The translations under genes were made by a program, and so were the position numbers. From Eledone cirrhosa (lineage: Eukaryota), in assembly GCA_964016885.1 (NCBI GenBank), contig OZ024743.1, positions 255,626,001-255,690,000 of the forward strand: a stretch of DNA of 64,000 bases, written 5' to 3'. The notes beneath the pieces are model-generated. The model was given only the letters and a program-made list of their open reading frames with translations, did no database searches and had not been told where the DNA came from. Position 1 is the stretch's first letter. The number at the start of each line of letters is the position of its first letter. This document shows positions 52,655 to 64,000 of the stretch, one piece after another.

Positions 52655-55023
52655 CATCATCATCATTTTACATCCGCTTTTCCCTGCTTGCAAGAGTGGG
52701 ACGGGTCCTATTCAGCACAGCATCTCTCCTTGTCACGGTCATTCGTCATCTTCTCAGTGAGTTTCAGCAATCTAAGATCTGCTCTCACCACCTCCGCCCA
52801 TGTTTTTCGTGGTCTTCCTCTACTGCGTCTTACTTCTACAGAGATTTCTTAGCACATCTTAATCCAGCAGTCATCCTCCATGTGCATCACATGTCGATAA
52901 CATCTCAGTCTTCTCTCCTGCACACCACCACTTATCCTTCTTATACCCTGTTTCTTTCTCAACTCATCTATGCTTGGTCGTTCAAGCACATTGACATTGC
53001 ACATCCAACGGAGCATGCTTGCTTCATTTCTCTCCAGCCGTCGTATATCCTATGCAGTTGCTGCCTATGTCTCACTAACATTCAGTATCGCGCATCTCAC
53101 ACAGGCATCATATAACCGTCCTTTCGTACGCAGGGAGAAACCCTTCTTTGTCAACAGAGGAAGCAGCTCCTTAACTTCCTCGATCCCATCCTTATTCTAG
53201 ATACTATGGCCTCGGAACACCTCCCCTCCCATGCTAATCTGATCACCTAGGTACCGGAAGCTATCAACCACTTCTATGGAACCCACGTGCATTGGAAAAC
53301 TGTGTCTATCATTGCGATTACTACTGCCAACTTTCCCTGTATATCTACTGCATACATAGTTTTCCCTACTTGTTAGTTTGCCTGCTATCTCACTACATCT
53401 CTTGTGTACCCAAAATCTGCATTGCGTACATTTTATGCAATAAATAAATATCGAACATGGCCATTTCCCTGATGGAATCAGAGTATTGTCCTCTCTTCTA
53501 CTTATCAACACTTTTGTCTTAGCTAGGTTCACTCTCAGTCCTCTTGATTCCAACTGCTGTTTCCTTAGCTAGAATTTATTCCCTAGCTCCCCTACTGATT
53601 CTGCTATAAGAACCAGATCATCAACATAGCGAAGTTCCTATGGACAGCCAGTCTTAAACTCCTCTGTTATGGCTTGGAGGACTATAATGAACAAAAGCGG
53701 GCTGAGGACCAAAGCCAGATGTACACCTACTTGTATCTGGAATTCCTCACTAAACTCCATTCCTACTCTCACTTTACTGACATCACCTTTGTACATAGCT
53801 TGCACTGTCTTCACAAGCCATTCCTCAACACCTAGTTTCCTTAGGGACCACCAGATGACAGATCGGGGTATCCTATCAAAGGCCTTCTCTAGGTCAATAA
53901 AAGCTAAATATAGTGGCTTATTCTTCTCTAAGAACGTCTCTTGTAGTTGTCTCACTAAGAAGAGTGCATCGGTTGTACTTTTCCGAGGCGCAAAACCAAA
54001 CTGCATCTCATCTAATTTAACCGTTTCTCTAATCAGTTTCACTAATATTCTCTCTGCCACTTTCATAACCTGATCCATCAGCTTTATGCCCCTATAATTG
54101 TTCCACTCCAGAGCATCCCTTTTACCTTTGTAGCAATTTATGAGAATACTGCTGCACCAGTCTTTGGGTATGACACCGCCATATATAGCTTGATTGATGA
54201 TCCATGCAACCAGTTTAGTGCCTATTTCTCCTGATGTATTCAGCATCTCAGCACTATCCCCGATTGTCCAGCAGCCTTACCATTCTTCATTTCCTTAATT
54301 GCCTCTTGTACCCTATATTTGTCAATCTCAATAGCTGGTCCCTCTGTCAGGTCTACTGGGTGTAATTTCTCTCTGTCCCATTTGTTCTCCACATTCATCA
54401 GTCTCTTATAATGACATTTCCAGGCCTCCTTTTTTTGATCATTCGTGACACTAAGTACACCGGCATCATTCCGGACACACTTATCTCCAACAACATCCTG
54501 ATTTGCACTGACACACTGCCTTGCAATGCGGAACACCGCACGTATCTGATCTTCCCATTGCAGAACATTGACAAACCTCCTACTCTCAGCCTCCCTGCGT
54601 GCTAAGTACACCTGACGTCTAGCTTCTCTCTTAGTGGCTGTGTATCCTTCTCTACTCCCACCATTTTCCCAAGCCTTCCATGCCATTCTTTTGTCTCTAA
54701 TAGCCCTATCTACCAAGCTGTTCTACCACCAGGTCACTCTCTGTCTGGTTGAAGCCCTTCCCCAGCCACAGGTCTCTTCAGTAGCCTGCAGTAAGTTGTC
54801 ACGCAAGAAATTCCAGTTATCATCTATGTCATACGACTCTAAATCATCTTCTTTTTCGTCATACACATCTTGAAGGGCTTTGCTAAATTTATATTTTAGT
54901 GAAAGGTCTTTTAGCTTCCAGACCTTTCTTTTCCACGCCTTCCTGTATGTCTCATTCTTTCTCTTGCTTACTGAGCTATCACTAACGACTAACTTATGCT
55001 GTGTGGTACATTCTTCCCTGGGG
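52655..55023 (-). mobile_element. RTE LINE, second subfamily, 5'-truncated and disrupted
   Basis: ORFs 54240-54716, 53638-54246, 53197-53553; short 3' UTR ending gcagggaaaagcggatgtaaaatgatgatg. Confidence 0.9.
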
Positions 55024-55368
55024 ATGATGATGTATGAATATGCAAAAATTTATATATGTATGTACATACACATATGCATATACATATGTGTATGTAAATA
55101 TGTTATCCTAGGGTGTCTATTGCAGAGTGTGTATATACAATGAATATTGATATTTATCTTACCCACCTGGGTCATGAGAATGTCTGAAATTGAGATATGT
55201 TTTGTAAATCCACTGTTTGCATAAAGTGATGAGTTAATCCATTTTATTTAATAATTGTCCCTTGGTGAATGGCATTTGGATTGTCTCCTCAGAGCATAAA
55301 TTGCATGGGCGATGTTCTCCTGTGTAAGATTTGGTCTTGGACAATATATATATGCATATATATGTATA

Positions 55369-56028
55369 TCTAAACTATAATAAAGTAAGAAGCACGGGAC
55401 TGCATACGGTTTATAATTTTTTATCCCCTTAGTAAAATAAGTTGGATTACTTTGAATAAATAATTGTTTCTACTTTAGGCACAAGGCCAGCAATCAACCA
55501 GTGCATTACTGGTACTTTATTTTATCGACTCCGTAAGGATGAAAGGCAAAGTCAACCTCGGCAGGATTTGAACTCAGATCATAAAGGGACGTAACTATGC
55601 TGGAAAGCATGGCGTCCGACCCTCTACCGATACTCCCAATCCACCGATTATTACGTAATTTATCTACTAAATTTCGTGGCTGTTCATTAAATATATTTTA
55701 CTACTTATTTAAAGATTCACTTCTTTAAAACTTTCAAATGTCAACACTTCCGGTTAGTGATCTTTTAAATAAATATTCATATATTTCTGTCACTAATTTT
55801 CTCCTAATGCAGTTTATATATAATATCGTCTTTTTTTAATGTATCATGGATTACGTTACTGATTACAGAAGACAGTGTAACACAGTCTTCGTTCAATTTC
55901 TGTGTATATTGTCAATTGTGATTTTATTTGATGTATCATATCTACATGCCTATATACTTGCGTATAATATCAATATACACACTATATATGCAAGCAGAAA
56001 ACCACCGAAAGGGTGGTTTTTCTGCTAG
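55369..56028 (+). mobile_element. Non-autonomous Helitron with nested SINE
   Basis: A|TCTAAACTATAATAAAG 5' end; 3' hairpin agcagaaaaccacc-gaaag-ggtggtttttctgct overlapping terminal CTAG|T; no TSD. Confidence 0.65.
55460..55645 (-). mobile_element. Full-length SINE (Meta/MESC-like)
   Basis: Reverse complement of the family consensus. Confidence 0.85.
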
Positions 56029-56083
56029 TGTATATTAATGGATGTTAAACAGCTATGATGATGATGATGTATGTATACATATG

Positions 56084-56147
<64 letters not shown>

Positions 56148-56214
56148 TGTGTCTATGTATATGTTTGTGTATATATATATATATTTATAAGTATATATAT
56201 GTGTGTGTGTATAT

Positions 56215-56261
<47 letters not shown>

Positions 56262-56372
56262 GCTACTTTTTATATTGTTCTGGCATCTCGAATTAGTACC
56301 ATTGAACCACAAATATTATAAACAACTTGCATATTTCTACAAGTACATTGTACCTGTTGAGGTATTCATCCA

Positions 56373-56437
<65 letters not shown>

Positions 56438-56809
56438 ATGTGTGTTGATAGAAAGAGAGTAAAACTCACACTCATGCACACACACGCATATACATATATG
56501 CCAAAATATAAAATTTAGATTATGAAAAAACAACATAACACAAATCCAAAGAATCAGAAATAAATCTCTAAAGTAAATTAATACTGTAAATTTTATGAAA
56601 GTGTGAGAAAGAAATTAGTTAGTAATGATTACTGTTAGTGAACCACAAAATATCATCAATTTGTGCTTAGAATTTGAAAGATTGGCCACGTTATTAAAAT
56701 GGCTCATTTAATGGGGAGAGATGATTGTCTGAAAGGTTGATAAATTATATATGTGTGTACAGTGCATGTATTTATGTATGTGTGCATTTATGAATGCATA
56801 TATATATAT

Positions 56810-58137
56810 TCATGATGTCTGGGAAAAGTACTACATATGCCTTATTCTCTGTGAGATAACTACAAGAGTAATTGCTAGCCAAAAATATGCTGTATTTAAA
56901 TTCTGTTTATCTAGAAAAGGCTTTTGACAGAGTACCTTGATCCAATATCTCATGGTCTTTAAGAAAATTAAGTGAAAATAAAGGCTTTTGAGAGCAGTGC
57001 ATACTGTGTTGAGAGGAGCTGTCAGTAAAGTGAGAGTATAAAATGAGTTTAATGGGTAGTTCAAGGTACAAGTAGGGCTTTACTATAATTTAATTCTTAG
57101 CCCATTGTTGCTCATCATAGTTCTTCAGGTCATAACAAAAGTGTTTGAAACTGGCTGTCCATGGGAAATTCTCTATGTGTATGTTCTGGTCCTTATAGCT
57201 GCATCTATTAAAGAACTAGAGAATAAGCTTAGACTACGCAAACAGAATTTGGAACCAAAAGGGCTGAGAGTTTACTTAGTCTAATCTAAAATGCTAGTAA
57301 GAATGAACTATAGGACCCTGTTTAATATGTAAAAAAGGAGTAAGAATAGACTCTATCTGATGTACACAATGTAAATCTTGGATGCACAAGAGATGTAGTG
57401 GTATAACAGGTAGACTAACGGGAAGAGAAAACTTTGTATGTAAAAGATCCATTTGGGTAATGGATGGGAAGAACATCAGTGATGTAAATCTTTTCCAATC
57501 ACAACAAGGACCTATAGAAGTGGTTGATAGCTTCTGCTATTTCGGTGACCTAATTAACACCGATGGAGGGGGATTCAATAGCACAATAGCTTGAATAAGC
57601 ATATCATGGTAGATGTTTGAAGAGCTACTCCCACTGTTGACAAGGAAAGCTTTCTCCCTATGGACAAAACGATGGCTGTATGTTGATTCTGTGGGAAGTA
57701 CAATGCCCCATGGTAGTGAAACATAGGGAGTGACTGCAGAGGACATGCATAGGTTGAAGAGAAATGAAGTAACTATTCTTCATTGGATGTGCAATGTAAA
57801 TGTGAGAGAAAGGCAGAGCTTGGCTGTTTTGAGGGAGAAACTGAGTTTAAGAGGAATCTGAAGTAGAGGGCAAGAGAGATGACTGCATTGTTATAGACAT
57901 GTAATGTGTATGGTTGATTTTTGCAGGGTAAAGAAGTGCCAAGAATTCCAAGTGGAAGTGTGCCACATTAGAAATAGATCAAAGACGACCTGGACAAAGG
58001 TGGTGAAAGCTGATTTCTAATTTCTGAGGCTCACAGAGATGACGAAAGAATGCATTGAGTGGAGAGATGCTATGCTGTAAAAGCCTCATTCAATCCATAT
58101 GAGCATGGAAAAAAGGTCCTAAAAAGGATGATTATGA
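56810..58137 (+). mobile_element. Old decayed RTE 3' portion
   Basis: LEKAFD, TGCPWEILY, HKRCSGITGRL, IEVVDSFCYFGD remnants. Confidence 0.8.
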
Positions 58138-58359
58138 TTTCTAATTTTGACAGAAGGCCAGTAATTTAGGAGAAAAATGCATGCTGATTATATCAATTTC
58201 AGTGCATGACTGGTATTTTATTTTTTCAGTCTCAAAAGCATGACTTGCACAATTGATCTGAGAAAGTAAAGAACCAGAACAAATACTGCTAGGCATTTGT
58301 CCTATAATTTAACAACTAATGATAGTTACAATAATGATGATGGTCATAATAATAATAAT

Positions 58360-58834
58360 GATTTCTACTATAGGCACAAGGCCAGCAACTTGGGGGGAGG
58401 GTAAAGTTGATTAAATTGACGCCAGTGCATTACTGGTGCTTTATTACGCCAGTGCATTACTTATGCTTTACCACATGAGGATGAATGACAAAGTTAACCT
58501 CAGCAGGATTTGAACTCAGTATATAAAGGGCCATAACTCAATGCCAAAGAGCATGCTGACCGATGTTCTACTGATACTGCCAATCCACTGCCCTAGTCAT
58601 AATAATAATAATGTGTTCTACTATAGGCACAAGGGCAGCAATTTGGGGAGAGGGGATAGTCGATTAAATCAACTCCACTGCATTACTGGTACTTTATTTT
58701 ATTGACTCCGTAACGATGAAAGGCAAAGCTAACTTCAGTGGGATTTGAACTCAGAACATAAAGAGATGTAATTCAATGCCACAAAGCATGTTGTTCGCCG
58801 CTCTACCAATACTGCCAATGTGCTGCCCTGATCA
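58360..58834 (-). mobile_element. Two tandem SINEs separated by repeated target sequence
   Basis: (g)tcataataataata(at) at 58343, 58596, 58835. Confidence 0.8.
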
Positions 58835-59033
58835 TCATAATAATAATACTAATAATGATTTCTTTACTAACCACAAAGGGTTTATATCAAGAAAAACATT
58901 ATGTCAGTACATGACGGAAATACAGAATGTGTGTATGTGTGTGTGTGTTCATGTGGGGGTTTTGTGTGTAAACAAATTTTAACAAAGTTAAAAGGAAATA
59001 AAGATAGCAATAAAATTATTAAAGTTTTCTTTA

Positions 59034-59175
59034 TAATTGTTTCTACGTTAGGCACAAGGCCAGCAATTACCCAGTGTATTACTGGTACTTTATTATATCG
59101 ACTCCGTAAGGATGAAAAGCAAAGTTAACCTCGCCGGAATTTGAACTCAGAATAGCAAGGGCCGTAACTCTATGC
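59034..59175 (-). mobile_element. SINE, partial
   Basis: Family core. Confidence 0.75.
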
Positions 59176-59205
59176 GTCAATAATAAACAATAATAGTTTG
59201 TCATA

Positions 59206-60133
59206 GCGACAAAATCAGCAGTGGTGGAGGGTGCTCTGAAAGTACAGTAGCTAGAGTCAGAATGGGATGGAAAAAGTACAGAGAGCTTATACCACTATTG
59301 GCCGCTAAAGGTTTCTCTCTAAAAATGAAAGGCAGACTGTATGATGCCTGCATACGAACAGCAATGTTACATGGCAGTGAGACATGGGCATTGTGTGCAG
59401 AGGATCTACGCAGACTGGAGAGGAACAAAGCTTGCATGCTCCATTGGATGTGTAATAGTAATATACGTGAATGGCAAAGCATAAATGAATTAAGTTAGAA
59501 ATTAGGAATAAGAGGGATCAGATGTTGTTTACTCGAGAGAAGACTATGTTGGTATGGTCACGTGATGTGCATGAAAGACAACAGCTGTATAAAAAAGTGC
59601 AGGGCGATCAAAATAGATGGTAGCTATGGAGTAGGCAGACCCAGAAAAGCCTGGGACAATTTGATAAATTCCGACCTTCCACACTTACAATGTCACTGGA
59701 TCGAGATCTTTGGTGCTACGCAGTAATACAGAAGACCCGCCTTGCCTAAGTACAAAGCAAAACCTACAGTCAATAGACACCTCTTAACCAAAAATACACC
59801 CCCATCCGACTACCGCTACCCTCACCCCCATCTACACCTCACCTTTTGCTGTAAAGTTATGTTGGTACCACAACATCCAGTCCAAAATAAATGAGGTCGT
59901 GTAGGTGTCATGACAAAAAAACACAGTCACGCTGTAATGTGGCCATGTAGGTAACACATTAAAAATCTCCTAGTCCACACTGTAAACGTGGTTAGTGTTA
60001 GGAAGGGCATCCAGCCGTAGAGAACCTGCCAGACAGTCCTATACGAGCAAGACAACCAATCTTGCCTCAAGTGGGACAATTCCCATTTGAACCCATGCTA
60101 GCATGGAAGATAGACGTTAAACGATGTTGATGA
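59206..60133 (+). mobile_element. RTE LINE 3' portion
   Basis: GWKKYRELIPLLAAKGFSLKMKGRLYDACIRTAMLHGSETW; 3' UTR; GAT tail. Confidence 0.9.
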
Positions 60134-61662
60134 ATAATTATAAAACAAAGATAGGTAGAACGTTTAATAATAAATACTAAGTAAAAACTATATGTCGTTG
60201 ATTTAAGAGTGTTTTAATTGGTAAAGAAATAAATGGTGCTTTGTTGTTGGTGGTGCTGGTGGTGGAAATGTTATTGTTGGTGGTGGCTGTTAATGTTGTT
60301 GTTTGGAGGGATGGAAGAGGTGGTGGCAGTGTTGATAGTGGATGTGGTGCTGTTGGTGGTACTGATGAGATTGGTGGGGGTGATGTAGGTGTAGGTGGAT
60401 GTGGTCCTGGTAGTTCACTGTTGTAGAACTGTTGCACAACTTAAAAATGATTATTTTTCCCTTGATTGATTACTGCTTCCTAAAGTAATATCGATTCTTA
60501 TAATTACATTGATTGTCTTCGACTAAACCATTCTGATGACTCACAAGGGTTCTCTGTCTGTAGCAATTCTATAAAGCAAATTTCTTTGAGAATTATTATC
60601 CTAAATGAGTGTGTGATGGACATTTAGAAGAAAAAAAAAACTTGACCAGGCTATCCCATGGAAAAGTAATTTCAATAAATACTAAGTAAAAACTATATGT
60701 CGTGAATTTAAGTGGCTGAAATGCTCCTATAACCCTCTAAAGAATAAGTGGAGGAGAAGAAGGAGGGGACATAAAGTTTCTTACAGAGAATCATGATGAA
60801 TTGTATTTAGAGAAATATAAACACTTTAATATCATAGAAACTGGGTTGCTTTCAGGTGGTATGTTATTATAAGCATTATAATACAAATGTGTGTAATCAA
60901 ATTAGATAGATAATAATTTCATGTGAACAATAAATAAATTGATAAAATTATTCATAGCAGTGTTGTGTGACCAGAACAGTGGCGAGAGTCATATGTTGAT
61001 ATGACCTGGCACATGATTTAGTGTGGCTTGAGTATTGGTTATCTTGGTATGGGTTGTCACAGTCCAAGATTAGACATGTTGAAGAAATCTCATCTATCTT
61101 ATACCATAGTACTTATGACTATTCTGACATAATCCTCGACCTTAAGTATCTTATTAAATCCCCCCAAATGCTTGATTATTTTCTAAACTATTTGAAAATC
61201 CTAGTTTCTTTTCTTAGAAAGGATGGTACTCTATTCTCAGCTAGTAAAATGCCTACTCTACCCTACCTATCCCATCATCATTTCCTGGCCAAAAGAGCTT
61301 ATATCTATACTGTTTGCTTATGAGGAGTTTGCCTGAGGCTTAACACCATTTTATTTCATGAACACAGTGCACATTTACTCATTTCCACTCCAGTATCTCA
61401 ACAAATACCCCATATCTACCTTTCTGAGTGACCACAATTAGAGTGGCAGTCCTGAGATGTTTTACTTAACATTTATGCATACACACAATACACAGTGTAA
61501 AGTGGTTGGTGTTTGGAAGGGAATCCAGCCATAGAAACCAAGACAAAACAAAATGTATGATCAACACCTAGTTACCTGACTGGCCTTGTCTCACTATGTG
61601 ACAGCTGTCTAACCCATGCAAGCATGGAAAATAGATGTTAAATGGTGATGGATGATATATGC

Positions 61663-61693
<31 letters not shown>

Positions 61694-61892
61694 GTTTTGC
61701 GAGGTTTTTTATATGAAATCGTGTGTCGAAACAAATATTGTTATACTTGGGGAGGGTCATATTGTTGTAATAATATTGCCAGAAATAATAACAGAACACA
61801 CTCACTGTTTGGTTGGTTTTCGTTTCTGTGTATATATATATATATATTCACTATTTAACATCTATTTATATATATGGAAATATACCTACATA

Positions 61893-61960
<68 letters not shown>

Positions 61961-62005
61961 CTAGCAAGAAAAGCAGACGTTAAAATGACAATATATATAT
62001 ATATT

Positions 62006-62049
<44 letters not shown>

Positions 62050-62129
62050 ATCAAAAGATTGACCTAAAGAATTGATGGCAAGAAAAAGTGAATGTAATAT
62101 AAACCAATATAAACAAATTGGTGTAAGAA

Positions 62130-62294
62130 ATAATTGTTTCTACTGTTGGCACAAGGCCAGCAATTATCCCAGTGCATTACTGGCACTTTATTTTATCGAC
62201 CCCGTAAGGATGAAAGGCAAAGTTAACCTCGGCGGGATTTAAACTCAGACTGTAAAGGGACGTAACTATGCTAGAAAGCATCGCGTCCGACCCT
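62130..62294 (-). mobile_element. SINE (Meta/MESC-like)
   Basis: Family core. Confidence 0.85.
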
Positions 62295-62885
62295 ACAAAT
62301 TTTGTTTAATTACACAGAATCAGATCACATATCAACATTTTCAATTAACTTGGTAAATATTTTGATATTCGTCACATATCAAATGACACTTTCTAATTTT
62401 ACATGGATTTAAGCTATTTCTATTATTCAATCGGTATTTGGTCAATTACAGTCACACACATACAGACATACATGTACACCTTCATCCACATACACACTCA
62501 TGCACACATCTTCATGACTAATTTGTAATGTCTTGTACTGTAGGAAACCACATTAATAAGACATCTTTGAAAATCATTATGACTGCATCAGACTAAAAGT
62601 TGAAGCCTGTTCTCAAATACTGCAAATATTTACAATGATCTGTCCAGCAATAAAGATACTATAAACGTTTGAATTATCAAACTCATTCTGAGACATTTTC
62701 TTAGTCTCTATTTAGTTAAGGGTTAAAATTTGTTTCTTTATCTATAGCCATCCCTGTGATTATTTTACAAAATTCATATTCTAAGAGTTAAACAATGTGT
62801 ATGTGTGCATATATAACTGAAAAATTATAGATATGACTTACAGAAATAGTTCAAAGCAGTTTAATGTTCTAGTTAGAAGGTACCG

Positions 62886-64000
62886 TACATGAGGTATGTT
62901 CAATAAATAATTGTTTCTACTTTTGGCACAAGGCCAGCAATTATCCCAGTGTATTACTGGTACTTTATTTTATCGATCCCATAAGGATGAAAGGCAAAGT
63001 TAACATCGGCGGGATTTGAACTCAGATCATAAAGGGCCGTAACTCTTTGCTGCAAAGCATGACATCAGACCCTCTACCGATACTGCCAATCCACACCGAG
63101 AGTAAGAAATAATTGTTTCTACTTTTGGCACAAGGCCAGCAATTATCCCAGTGTATTACTGGTACTTTATTTTATCGATCCCGTAAGGATAAAAGGCAAA
63201 GTTAACATCGGCGGGACTTGAACTCAGAATGGCAAGGACTGTAATGTATGGTACGTTTAGGAGAGAACGTAATGAGGAACGTTTAGGAGAGACATTGTTT
63301 GATTTTATAAGCTTACAAATCTTTGTCTCCTTCAAAACAATAACCTCTCATATCTACCCACTTGCACTGCTATCTTTCCATCTCTTGGAAGACATCCCCC
63401 AGTCCTTCTTCTGCAGTCCCATCAGGAAATTTGATGATGTCACCTTCAACTCCTGTTTTGACTGGAATCTGATTCCACTGAGGCTAACTTTCATGCATGG
63501 GAACAGAAAGAAGGCATAAGGAGGCATGTTGAGGCTGTAGGGTGGGTATTGTACCACTTTTATTCACTTGTTAGTCGTCCAACATTGACTTGTGATGTAA
63601 GGCACTATCAGGGTGGAACCAGCCCCTGGGGTGTCTAAGAAAGGAATGACCAACTTGTGACCAACTTGTCTTTGTGACCAACTTGTCTTTGTTATTTTGG
63701 GACTCTGGGAGGCTTCCACAGTGCACTTTAATGTTTGCTCTCAGGATCATAGGTGACTACCCAACTCTCATAGCAAGTCACTACTTTAGTCAGGAAAGTA
63801 GAATCATCCTCTATCACATCGAGAATGTTAGTGCATTCTGTTCGTCAGAGAGGATCTTTGGCTAGAATTTGTGGAACTCCAGATCACTGGTCAGAATTGT
63901 GTCCACTCTACCAATACAGACTAAATATCATTCTCACAGTAGCTCAAGGGTCTTGCTCTATTAATCTTTGCACTTCCTCAATGTTTTTTTCCTTTTATGT
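62886..64000 (-). mobile_element. Decayed mariner (related to 45752-47073), interrupted by two SINEs at ~62907-63098 and ~63109-63244, running off the window
   Basis: YPPYSLNMPPYAFFLFPCMKVSLSGIRFQS; 63900-64000 reverse complement resembles 46380-46470; TIR-like gttcaataaataat. Confidence 0.7.

Overview
AT-rich, microsatellite-dense animal genomic DNA with no clearly recognisable host protein-coding gene and one 200-N assembly gap. The repeat content ((TA)n/(CA)n/(GAT)n/(ATT)n tracts, tRNA-derived SINEs, RTE LINEs) suggests a cephalopod/octopus genome, which is an inference. The window is a layered transposon landscape. It holds one intact RTE LINE (1037-aa APE-RT ORF with an embedded PHD finger), a near full-length Tx1/L1 LINE sitting in an (ATT)n array between two R4/Dong fragments, and a disrupted CRE-clade RLE retrotransposon with an N-terminal PHD finger. 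It also holds a 5'-truncated Naiad-type Penelope-like element with ~0.93-kb inverted pLTRs, mariner relics, a non-autonomous Helitron, a piggyBac-like MITE and many SINEs. The most notable hidden signal is a set of 6-8 type-I hammerhead ribozyme motifs read directly from the sequence. Several lie in fold-back (inverted-repeat) elements, including a 1.46-kb non-coding element with a hammerhead in each arm. Two further hammerhead-shaped motifs have GUAGU(A)GA in place of the CUGAUGA core. A few short splice-site-bounded segments may be host exons but cannot be confirmed.
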